From positions 1 through 64,000 of the IMG/VR virus record IMGVR_UViG_3300045988_084534: DNA of 64,000 nt; one strand, 5' to 3'. Positions 1 through 7,629 of this stretch are shown here, piece by piece; the stretch's first letter is position 1; every line of letters starts with the position of its first letter. The position numbers and the translations under genes are program-made. The DNA is from a virus. The notes below the pieces were generated by a model that was not told the DNA's origin, ran no database searches, and saw only the letters and a program-made list of their open reading frames with translations.

Positions 1-65
1 CTGTAGCGGCTCTAGTGGACGTATATGGCGCGAACTATACCGGGAATATAGGAACATAGGGAAGC

Positions 66-98
66 AAAAAAAAAGCCCGTCAACGACCGTCAACGGGC
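66..98 (-). terminator. rho-independent terminator ending the leftward gene string
   Basis: Plus strand gcccgt(75-80)/acgggc(93-98) form a 6-bp stem. The A run 66-74 becomes a 9-nt U tract on the minus strand, just downstream of the stop of 108..395. Confidence 0.6.
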
Positions 99-107
99 AT
101 GATTCTA

Positions 108-395
108 TTATCGCCGTAAAACATACGGAGAAAATTCGTTCCCAGTATATTCGGGAATTTCTTCTAGCAATGGGAGCAACTGCCCGCACATATCACGCCC
201 GTGATTCGGCATTTCTTTGCGCGCTTCATCAGTGATGGGAGCCACGGCGCAACATCCACATGAACACTCAGGATTTCTGTATTTTTTCGCGGCTTTTTCA
301 GCTGCGGCAAGCGACTTGTGTACACTCACCACGCCGCCTCCGTGAAAAGCGGTGCGCACTACGGCATATTTTGTATTCTTGCTTGTGATTTTCAT
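108..395 (-). CDS. hypothetical Cys-rich protein (95 aa)
   Basis: ORF track; CSCGCC cluster; last gene before the terminator. Confidence 0.55.
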   Translation of the reverse strand: MKITSKNTKYAVVRTAFHGGGVVSVHKSLAAAEKAAKKYRNPECSCGCCAVAPITDEARKEMPNHGRDMCGQLLPLLEEIPEYTGNEFSPYVLRR

Positions 396-512
396 TTTAT
401 TTCACTCCTTTTAATTCTCAGACCGTCAGCGCCTTGCTACGGGCTTTTCAGCGCGTCCGGCTATATTTATATGATTTTTCTATTTGCGGCGTGTCGGGCT
501 TGCTATGGCGTT

Positions 513-746
513 TTAAGACAATTCAAGTTTGACAAGCTCCACGGCGGCAGCGTGCAACTGAGACGGCACGCTTGCAATATAGTCATATAACTCAGACGGA
601 AGCAAGTCGCAACCGACCGCTATATATCCGGCGCGTTCCGTCCAACGTGTATAAATATGGCACTTGTCACAATGGCGGCAATCTCCGCCGCATTTTTCTA
701 GTTTTCTTCCAGCCGTTTCCAGCTGTTTAATCTGTTTTTTCGTCAT
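513..746 (-). CDS. hypothetical protein with CGGDCRHCDKCH Cys cluster
   Basis: ORF track 513..761. I prefer the internal ATG (MTKKQ) because GGAGG lies 8 nt upstream. The alternative start is 761. Confidence 0.55.
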   Translation of the reverse strand: MTKKQIKQLETAGRKLEKCGGDCRHCDKCHIYTRWTERAGYIAVGCDLLPSELYDYIASVPSQLHAAAVELVKLELS

Positions 747-760
747 AGTAAAATCCTCCA

Positions 761-985
761 TTATTTACAATTTTTTACACTCTGTACCCGTCCGACCACC
801 TTGTAAAAAAGTGACAGAATTTCCGGGCGCGGATACTTCATTTTACAAAACTCATTAAACGTTGCAGGTTGGCAAGCACAAGCGGCTATATAATTCGTGT
901 CACTGTCTATATCATAGCCCACGGAGTCGGCCAGACGTTGCAGGGATAGCAATTTCTTATCCCAATATTTTACAGTATGTTTCAT
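761..985 (-). CDS. hypothetical protein (74 aa)
   Basis: ORF track 761..1051; the internal ATG (MKHTVKYW) is preceded by AGGAGG. Confidence 0.5.
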   Translation of the reverse strand: MKHTVKYWDKKLLSLQRLADSVGYDIDSDTNYIAACACQPATFNEFCKMKYPRPEILSLFYKVVGRVQSVKNCK

Positions 986-989
986 TTCT

Positions 990-1118
990 TTAACCTCCTG
1001 AAATAATTTTCTCCACCAAATACGGCACAAAGAACATAAACAATAAGCCAATTCCAGCTCCCAAAAATTGGAATGCCCAATAAATGGGATTCAAGCGGCG
1101 TTTGCGTCTTTTTTGCAT
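990..1118 (-). CDS. small putative membrane protein (42 aa; MQKRRKRRLNPIYWAFQFLGAGIGLLFMFFVPYLV...)
   Basis: Hand translation; below the 60-aa cutoff of the track. It has a basic N-terminus plus a hydrophobic helix, and its stop sits 4 nt from the next start. Confidence 0.4.
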   Translation of the reverse strand: MQKRRKRRLNPIYWAFQFLGAGIGLLFMFFVPYLVEKIISGG

Positions 1119-1199
1119 GATTACATCATCCTTTTTTATAAAATGTTCGTGGAATAGGGCTTTTTGAACGGAAACCCTTTAGAAACCGCGCGAAAATGT

Positions 1200-1538
1200 T
1201 TAACGTTCCATTTCCATATACTCTGCAATGATATTTTCGAGTTCGTCGCAAGCGTCCCAGTCGAGCGGAAATTCTTCTCGATCTCCGCCCCATGCACAAA
1301 CAACGGCGTGCAGCTCCGTGTCAACATAACAAGTCGGCCCGCCCAGTGTGACATAAAGCCGGACAAACTCAACCGTTTTCGTGCTGGAAATAAGAGCCGT
1401 ATAATCGAGCGCATCTGTCACATAGTCGTATAGACTCATTTTTTCGCCGTCGTCGTTTTCTAATTCCGTCGTGCCATTGTAAATGGTTTCGATCTCTTCT
1501 GCGACGCGCTGCGCGTATTCTCTGCATTCTTTTTTCAT
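1200..1538 (-). CDS. hypothetical acidic protein (112 aa)
   Basis: ORF track 1200..1553; the ATG (MKKECREY) is preceded by GGAGG. Confidence 0.6.
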   Translation of the reverse strand: MKKECREYAQRVAEEIETIYNGTTELENDDGEKMSLYDYVTDALDYTALISSTKTVEFVRLYVTLGGPTCYVDTELHAVVCAWGGDREEFPLDWDACDELENIIAEYMEMER

Positions 1539-1583
1539 TTTAGTTACCTCCATAAAATGTTTTGTTTGTTTGTTTGTGCCTTA

Positions 1584-1612
1584 AGTATAACCGATATTTT
1601 CTAGTATGTCAA
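1584..1612 (-). promoter_or_regulatory. sigma-A-type promoter for the leftward genes 1538<-
   Basis: Minus strand reads TTGACA (1612-1607), 17 nt, TATACT (1589-1584). The palindrome gtcaatcggcatattgac (1608-1625) overlaps the -35. Confidence 0.6.
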
Positions 1613-2032
1613 TCGGCATATTGACTAAATTTTATCGGTTGTTTTTGTTTATTTTAGCGGTCAGCCGGATATTTCACCGGCTTTTCCCGCGTCACTGCTG
1701 AGATATAATTTCTAGCAGTTTTTATACGGTTTGGATATTCACTGTTTTGATAGTAAATAGCTATGTTATGCAAGTAAAAAGTTAGAATATACTAGAATTA
1801 TATTGATTATTGTATAGATATGATATGTATATACTGTATAAATATTTATTGTATTCTATTAATTATAATAATTACAATATGGTAACAAGTAGTAACAGTT
1901 GTAATATGGTGTGATAGTACAATGTGGATAATTGTAAAGATATGGTAAATGGTATTTATTGAGAGAGTAAATGTGTGTTACTAAAATATGTAAACGAGTG
2001 TTTACCAAAAAGTGCATAATACCTAATACGCG

Positions 2033-2066
2033 CGTATGTGTCCCATTTTTTGGACACATATTTTTT
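2033..2066 (+). terminator. intrinsic terminator inside the ORF-free AT-rich region
   Basis: tatgtgtcc / ggacacata form a 9-bp stem with an 8-nt loop, followed by ttttttcg. Confidence 0.6.
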
Positions 2067-2256
2067 CGTGGTTATGACCACGGAATGATCTGATCAATAA
2101 GAAAAAATCATACTTTTTCACACTTTATCCTACTTTTTTACTAATACGCCCGCAAAGTGTTATTTTCCGGCGTTTTTTAAGATAACAACATTTTCCAGAA
2201 GGGGGCATAGTTATGGATGAAAGAAATTGAAATGGATGAAAATGGTATTTAGCACA

Positions 2257-2358
2257 ACAAGCCACATACCCTGTAATATCACATAGATTTTAACAAGCCA
2301 CATAGCCTGTAATCAGATGCGTATTATCACAAGTAACAATAAATCACAGAGCATGTAA
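2257..2358. repeat. direct repeats acaagccacata[c/g]cctgtaat (2257-2277, 2293-2313) plus a degenerate third copy (about 2340-2358)
   Basis: Read directly; the two good copies differ at 1 of 21 nt and are 36 nt apart. Confidence 0.7.
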
Positions 2359-2429
2359 TGGATTGGGGGGATTTTTATTTTTCTTATAAGTATCAAAAAA
2401 TTTCCCCCATCATAATAATTTACAATTTG

Positions 2430-2461
2430 TTAACAAATAAATGATTGAAATATGGTATAAT
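2430..2461 (+). promoter_or_regulatory. extended -10 promoter (TGgTATAAT) upstream of the rightward cassette
   Basis: tatggTATAAT with TATAAT at 2456-2461. The -35 is poor at 17-nt spacing (TTAACA sits at 20 nt). Confidence 0.45.
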
Positions 2462-2515
2462 TAGATAGTGAAAGTAAAAAAGTCTATATTCTATATGGGC
2501 GAATTGGACTTCAAA

Positions 2516-2583
2516 AAAATCTGCCCCAAAACGCCATATATGTAATATAGTATAATCATATATAGGGTTTGGGGGCAGATTTT
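2516..2583. terminator. long hairpin, copy 1 of a repeated bidirectional-terminator-like element
   Basis: aaaatctgccccaaa ... tttgggggcagatttt. The stem sequence and the loop segment catatatagggt recur at 4396-4446. Confidence 0.6.
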
Positions 2584-2671
2584 CAATCTGTTATATTTTA
2601 TAAGGCAACGTTTGCTGCCGCAAGCCGTTGTGAGTGATATGGGGCAGATTCGATTATTAGAAAGGAATGAT

Positions 2672-3769
2672 ATGTTGTATAATTTTAGCAAAGAGCAAGA
2701 AGGCACGATTTTGAATAAAGCAAAAAATCTTATTGGACAGTCAATGCGTTATTCAGAATTATGCCGTGCATTAGGAATAGTACCAGAAACAGCCGGTAAA
2801 AAGAAAGCAAGGCAACTCAGAGATTTCAATAATCTATTTGAGTACAGCGTTGAGCCAAACGGAAAACAAGTTAAATATGTTATTAATAAAGTTTATTCTG
2901 AGCCGCTTTTGCCATACTATGATAAAGATGAATGGTATATAGCCATCAAAACTCGCATTTGCGAAATATTACGAGACAATAATTATCAAGTGACATGGTT
3001 TACGAAAACGCCGTTACTGAGAAATTTAGGCGCAGTCAATGATAACTATGCCGTCATTATGAATTTGACCAAGCGGTTGCAGCTTGAAGATGTACTTGGG
3101 CGCGATATGTCAGTAGACCATGATGTATGTAGAATATTTGGGAATTTGCTGTCCGATAGAATATATGATGCTCTTAACCGAATGGCAGAGAAAGAAAAAA
3201 TCATAGCTTATTCAGATGGATATGTTGTAAGATACATAAAAGACGATATAACGCAATATCATTTAGTTCCTATGATGAGAGCTGAAGATAGTCAATTGGT
3301 AAAATCAGAACTTGGAGAATATTTACGCAACCTTGAAATAAAGGCGATAGATTATGCCATAGAGCAAAACAATCCAGATATTATAAAATACCAGCATTCT
3401 TTCAATAGAGATTTTTATAAGCACTTATATTATGATGATGTAGAGTCCTACTTAAATCAAGCATTTCTAACATCAGATGTTCAAAATTATTTATATGACA
3501 ACGGAATACATTTTGATAAAATAAAGGGGATATATTCAGTCAAATTTATTACTCCCATTCAGCGTCAAGTTGAATCTGAACTGAGATGGTTTGGTCAATC
3601 TCAGAAAATTATAAACAATGCGGCAAAAGAAAAACTACTTACAAGTAAAAGCAAAGAATTGAAAAGATATGAAGCAATGAAAAAAGGACTTATTGATATT
3701 TGTATTGATTTGTCAACTGAAACAAAATATGAAGATATGATAAAGGAGAATAACAATGCAGAAAATTAA
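2672..3769 (+). CDS. hypothetical protein (365 aa), first gene of the hairpin-bounded cassette
   Basis: ORF track 2612..3769; ATG at 2672 (MLYNFSK) follows gaaagga. No family recognised. Confidence 0.6.
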   Translation: MLYNFSKEQEGTILNKAKNLIGQSMRYSELCRALGIVPETAGKKKARQLRDFNNLFEYSVEPNGKQVKYVINKVYSEPLLPYYDKDEWYIAIKTRICEILRDNNYQVTWFTKTPLLRNLGAVNDNYAVIMNLTKRLQLEDVLGRDMSVDHDVCRIFGNLLSDRIYDALNRMAEKEKIIAYSDGYVVRYIKDDITQYHLVPMMRAEDSQLVKSELGEYLRNLEIKAIDYAIEQNNPDIIKYQHSFNRDFYKHLYYDDVESYLNQAFLTSDVQNYLYDNGIHFDKIKGIYSVKFITPIQRQVESELRWFGQSQKIINNAAKEKLLTSKSKELKRYEAMKKGLIDICIDLSTETKYEDMIKENNNAEN

Positions 3770-4388
3770 AACAAAACAAAATCTAGTTGGACAGAAATTC
3801 GGAATGTTGACTGTTATAGAAAGAGCTGACGATATTGGCGATAGAGTAGGCTGGCGTTGCAGATGTGATTGCGGAAATGTCATAGTAGTTAGAGATAATA
3901 ATTTAAAGCAAGGTTGCACAAAAAGTTGTGGGTGTTTATTAGGAAAATGGGAGCGCGGTACAGTCCGTCTCCCAAACACATATGAATTTGTAGATGATTA
4001 TGTTATTGGTCACGACCCAAAAGGAAAAGAATTTTATTTCGACAGACAAGATTATGATTTGGTGTCGCAGTATAAATGGACAATTCATCAGTACGGATAT
4101 GCAAGAACAAAAGTATGGAATGACGATGGAACATGGCAATTCATTTATATGCACCGCTTATTGATGGGATTCCCTGAAGGAATGGATATAGATCATATTA
4201 ACCACAAGCGGCACGATAATAGACGAGCCAATTTAAGAGTTGTTCCACACGGTGTAAATATGAAAAATACTACTAGAAGTCCAAGTGTTATTATCAAGAA
4301 ATATTGTGTCAAAGATCATGAAGAACTTGGATATTTTGACAACCGTAAAGAAGCAATTAAAGCATATCAAGAATATATTAGCCAATAA
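3756..4388 (+). CDS. HNH endonuclease with N-terminal Cys cluster and AP2-like C-terminus
   Basis: IYMHRLLMG..DIDHINHKRHDNRRANLRVV (HNH_3-type motif); CRCDCGN..CTKSCGC; the C-terminal GYFDNRKEAIKAYQEY resembles AP2. Confidence 0.8.
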   Translation: MQKIKTKQNLVGQKFGMLTVIERADDIGDRVGWRCRCDCGNVIVVRDNNLKQGCTKSCGCLLGKWERGTVRLPNTYEFVDDYVIGHDPKGKEFYFDRQDYDLVSQYKWTIHQYGYARTKVWNDDGTWQFIYMHRLLMGFPEGMDIDHINHKRHDNRRANLRVVPHGVNMKNTTRSPSVIIKKYCVKDHEELGYFDNRKEAIKAYQEYISQ

Positions 4389-4395
4389 TCAATAA

Positions 4396-4446
4396 AAAAT
4401 CTGCCCCAATTTCTTCCCTACATATATAGGGTCTTGGGGCAGATTT
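4396..4446. terminator. bidirectional terminator, copy 2 of the repeated hairpin
   Basis: aaaatctgccccaa / ttggggcagatttt, A tract upstream and T tract downstream, between convergent genes ending at 4388 and 4451. Confidence 0.75.
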
Positions 4447-4450
4447 TATT

Positions 4451-4726
4451 TTATTCAGTTTTTCCTATTCCATAATTGCAAAATCCATTTGGTTCAGGGT
4501 CATTCAGTCCAAACTTATTAAGACAATATGGCACATTTTCATCATTCAATCCGAAATATTCACAATCCTTACATCTCACTACCGGCACAGCATCAATAGT
4601 TGGTGCTTGGTCAACAGCGGTGTGAATAAGCCGAATTGCCGTACCGCCAGTTACGCTCCAATATTCGTCTGATAATTCATACGGTTTAGTATGCTCAAGT
4701 ACCCAATCAGCATCAATCAGTCGCAT
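4451..4726 (-). CDS. hypothetical protein (91 aa)
   Basis: ORF track; RBS aggagag. Confidence 0.65.
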   Translation of the reverse strand: MRLIDADWVLEHTKPYELSDEYWSVTGGTAIRLIHTAVDQAPTIDAVPVVRCKDCEYFGLNDENVPYCLNKFGLNDPEPNGFCNYGIGKTE

Positions 4727-4780
4727 TTTTCAACTCTCCTATTCCATGCTTTAATAATTGATGCACATCCACTCACCGTA

Positions 4781-5002
4781 TTACCAAAATGCACCTTCAT
4801 CATAATTTTCAACTCTTCTATTCCATGCGTCAATAGCATTTCTTTTTGTAACACCAAGAAAATATTCATAGCATTTTGTCTGGCATCCACAATTTTTACA
4901 AATTACAACGCAACATTTGCAACTATCCTTACCATCGCTATCTATAAATTCATTGATAACTGCTTCACCACCGCAAAACGGACATCTTTTCAACTCATCC
5001 AT
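4781..5002 (-). CDS. Lar-family restriction-alleviation-like Zn-ribbon protein
   Basis: CPFCGG ... CKNCGC ... AIDAWNRR, the pattern typical of Lar-like proteins. Confidence 0.6.
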   Translation of the reverse strand: MDELKRCPFCGGEAVINEFIDSDGKDSCKCCVVICKNCGCQTKCYEYFLGVTKRNAIDAWNRRVENYDEGAFW

Positions 5003-5005
5003 TTT

Positions 5006-5422
5006 TTAATCAATCCTTTCTTCAGCAATTCCATCAGCCGTACTATAACAAATATGCTTAATTCCCAATTCTTTTATATATTTCATACAAGCAGGACATG
5101 GACGCGCCATTGCCTTATTGCCATTTGCATATTCACGATATACATATAGCGTCGATTTGCTAAAATCAATATCCAGATATTTTACTTTGCTCAATGCCCT
5201 GATTTCAGCATGGAGCGAATTTATCACGCCGCTTTGATTGGGGTCAAATTCACGCTCTGCATTAAGCCGCTTTTGCAACGGGCTTGTTTTGGTGCTGTTG
5301 CATCCTGTAGCAAGCAATACGCCCTTATAATACAAAGCTGCGCCAAGGTGGTATCTAGGAAATTCAGATTCTTTGCTTGCTCTACAAGCTGATTCAATGC
5401 CGCGCTTAGTTCTCTGGTTCAT
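5006..5422 (-). CDS. dCMP (deoxycytidylate) deaminase
   Basis: HAE (SLHAEIRAL) and PCPAC zinc-ligand motifs of the cytidine/dCMP deaminase fold; 138 aa. Confidence 0.8.
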   Translation of the reverse strand: MNQRTKRGIESACRASKESEFPRYHLGAALYYKGVLLATGCNSTKTSPLQKRLNAEREFDPNQSGVINSLHAEIRALSKVKYLDIDFSKSTLYVYREYANGNKAMARPCPACMKYIKELGIKHICYSTADGIAEERID

Positions 5423-5579
5423 AATCTTTACTTAAATATTTATGACATTTGCAGATAATATCAATAGCTCTTTCTGCTGGAAAACAATCAATAATCCAAC
5501 ATCCGTATCGCTTAATGTCATCTACTTCAGCTTTCTTAAACGCCTCTACCGCATCATTAAGTTTGATATATTCAACCAT
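5406..5579 (-). CDS. small hypothetical protein (57 aa; MVEYIKLNDAVEAFKKAEVDDIKRYGCW...)
   Basis: Hand translation; below the track cutoff. It fills the gap between two genes and overlaps both neighbours (8 nt and 17 nt). Confidence 0.45.
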   Translation of the reverse strand: MVEYIKLNDAVEAFKKAEVDDIKRYGCWIIDCFPAERAIDIICKCHKYLSKDYEPEN

Positions 5580-6033
5580 TCTCAAGCTCCTTAATCAATC
5601 TATCAATATACCATCTTGCTTTTTTAACATCCTCAATACCATTCTTTTCTTCATAACGAAATAGGTACTTAATAGCATTCCCTACGCAAAACGCTTCAAT
5701 TCCTACTTTCCCAACTATTGCAGATTTAATACAATCAATACATTCAATGCCTCCCTGATTGTAGTGAGACGGATGATTGACCATATCAACATCAGGCTCT
5801 TTGTTGCAACAGTCGCCTTCATCATCTTCGCAAGCTGTTGGCTCAAGCTCTTTATACCAATTATAGCATTTGTTAAGCATATCGTCGCTCATTTCATCAA
5901 AGACACAAGCATAGGTATCTGTATATTCATCAGTTTCTTCGTCATATTTTTTAATCAATTCACATTCTTCGCATTTTTGACATTTGCTATCACAATAGTC
6001 TTCCAGCGCATTAACTTTTTCATCTCTTGTCAT
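5572..6033 (-). CDS. DUF3310-family protein
   Basis: NHPSHY..GGIECIDCI..GNAIKYLFRY..KARWYIDRL matches the DUF3310 signature as I remember it. Confidence 0.65.
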   Translation of the reverse strand: MTRDEKVNALEDYCDSKCQKCEECELIKKYDEETDEYTDTYACVFDEMSDDMLNKCYNWYKELEPTACEDDEGDCCNKEPDVDMVNHPSHYNQGGIECIDCIKSAIVGKVGIEAFCVGNAIKYLFRYEEKNGIEDVKKARWYIDRLIKELENG

Positions 6034-6035
6034 AT

Positions 6036-6236
6036 TTATTCATCCTCCATTATCCAATCTTCATCGAGTTTAGTTTTAACTGGCTCAAATGGGCGATATT
6101 CAATCTCGTCTTTTTCTTCATGTCGCCATCCACATCGCCCGCATTCATGTACAGTAATTGGTGGATAGGTATCAATACAAAAACATTGCAATTCGCATCC
6201 GCATTTAGGACAAGTAAAAATAATTATATTATTCAT
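6036..6236 (-). CDS. Zn-ribbon protein (66 aa)
   Basis: ORF track 6036..6254; the internal ATG follows GAGGAGG. Two CxxC pairs (CPKCG, CGRCG). Confidence 0.55.
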   Translation of the reverse strand: MNNIIIFTCPKCGCELQCFCIDTYPPITVHECGRCGWRHEEKDEIEYRPFEPVKTKLDEDWIMEDE

Positions 6237-6543
6237 CCTCCTCAGTTTTATCACGATCCATCAAAGCGTGACAATGCGGACACTGCTTTGGAGGATTAGT
6301 ATACTCTGCATCAAAAATCTTGTGGCAACAACTACACTCTCTAGTATCAAAACCCTGATTTCCCTCAATCCATCTTGCGTGTGCGCACATTGGATTTTCA
6401 CTTATGGTATAATATGTCATTTTATTAATAATCCAATTAAGCACGAACTTAGAATAACCATGTACATTTGGGCCATCATGGATGTCACATTCGTTATTAT
6501 TGAGCGTATCCATCAATTCATCAAGTTCAATATATTTTTTCAT
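6229..6543 (-). CDS. hypothetical Cys/His-rich protein (104 aa)
   Basis: ORF track; RBS GAGGAGG; CSCCH..CPHCH. Confidence 0.65.
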   Translation of the reverse strand: MKKYIELDELMDTLNNNECDIHDGPNVHGYSKFVLNWIINKMTYYTISENPMCAHARWIEGNQGFDTRECSCCHKIFDAEYTNPPKQCPHCHALMDRDKTEEDE

Positions 6544-6702
6544 TTATTCATCCTCCTCAACTGGAATAAAATTCTTTGCGCTGATATATCGCCATTCTTT
6601 AGCCACATAGATTAAAAATTGAGGATAACCAGCTTTATCATCTCGCACATTATAGACTGTGTAAATGTCGTTATCATATTGACTCTTAAATTTAACTTTC
6701 AT
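6544..6702 (-). CDS. small hypothetical protein
   Basis: ORF track 6544..6726. Several in-frame ATGs exist; 6702 has the best spacing to a GAGGA, so the start is uncertain. Confidence 0.45.
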   Translation of the reverse strand: MKVKFKSQYDNDIYTVYNVRDDKAGYPQFLIYVAKEWRYISAKNFIPVEEDE

Positions 6703-7489
6703 CTTCATCATCCTCACAATCTTCATCTACAAAATGGACATCTACATCTGTTGCGTATTTCCAAATATAGCCCTTGCATTGTTTTCTTTTACCCCTACAT
6801 ACATCCGATATATGAGAACCATTATACAAACCCAATGAATTTGCAGCTTCTACAATAGAGCCAAATTTTTGTATGAATTTTCCATCTAGCGCATATTGGT
6901 TGACGGAAACAGCGGACGGACATTTAGAACCTGTCTTTCCAAACATTGGATTCTTTTCACCAACAAACATATGATTTCCTTTCATGGGATTTTCATGCGT
7001 TTTATGCCATTCTTTAGACCTCTTAGATTGTTCTAGTTTCCATTCTTCTGTATGTTTAACACCTTTGCGTTGTTCACTCATACGTTTCTTTGCTTCTTCA
7101 GTATGATGCTTTCCATAGAAGGCGTTGTGTTCTCCTTTACGGGTTTCAGAGAATTTTTTCTTTGCTTCTTCGGTGTGATGCCTTCCAGCCATTGGAGCTG
7201 TGCCACCAATAGAGATATTAAATCCAATATTTTTGTCAGTAGATTTATATTCTGCTATATGCTTTATTTCCTCTGCACACGCTTCATCTTTTGTTAAATT
7301 GTCTAGCACCACTTCTCGAATGAACCCGTCCTCGCCATATTTATTTATGGTGTTTTGTAGTCGCGGATTTTCTCTATATCCAGCTTTCCATCTCTGTTGC
7401 AATGTCTTACTTGTAATTCCAAAATAAATTAGTCCGTTATGCTTACAAGTATATTTATATAGCTTCCATATTCTTTCTTCGTTATTCAT
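6692..7489 (-). CDS. free-standing GIY-YIG homing endonuclease with NUMOD3-like repeats
   Basis: LIYFGITS..QRW..NKYGEDGF..E..I (GIY-YIG core); repeated GxHHTEEAKKK..RKG modules. Confidence 0.85.
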   Translation of the reverse strand: MNNEERIWKLYKYTCKHNGLIYFGITSKTLQQRWKAGYRENPRLQNTINKYGEDGFIREVVLDNLTKDEACAEEIKHIAEYKSTDKNIGFNISIGGTAPMAGRHHTEEAKKKFSETRKGEHNAFYGKHHTEEAKKRMSEQRKGVKHTEEWKLEQSKRSKEWHKTHENPMKGNHMFVGEKNPMFGKTGSKCPSAVSVNQYALDGKFIQKFGSIVEAANSLGLYNGSHISDVCRGKRKQCKGYIWKYATDVDVHFVDEDCEDDEDES

Positions 7490-7629
7490 ATTTATCTCCC
7501 TTAAAGATTATTAAATTTTGGTAGTTAGCTTGTAGTTAAGGGCAACAAGCAAGTATGCGCATACCTGTCCTACCATCATTTAATTATACCACATTTTAGG
7601 AGATAATAGATGAACAATTAGTGAATTAT

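Noticed and set aside
1859-2059. 66-aa Tyr/Asn-rich ORF in the AT-rich region
   Set aside because: It is a low-complexity product of AT-rich repeats with no RBS, and it overlaps the plus-strand terminator.
2516-4446. CRISPR-like or MITE-like interpretation of the repeated hairpins
   Set aside because: Only two copies are in the window, separated by 1.8 kb of coding sequence, with no repeat-spacer periodicity. They are better described as duplicated terminator-like hairpins.
4691-6615. Plus-strand ORFs 4691-5149, 5764-6168, 6027-6299 and 6268-6615 opposite the leftward early genes
   Set aside because: They are hydrophobic, Ile/Phe-rich antisense frames of AT-rich genes. They have no RBSs and overlap better-supported minus-strand genes with recognisable motifs.
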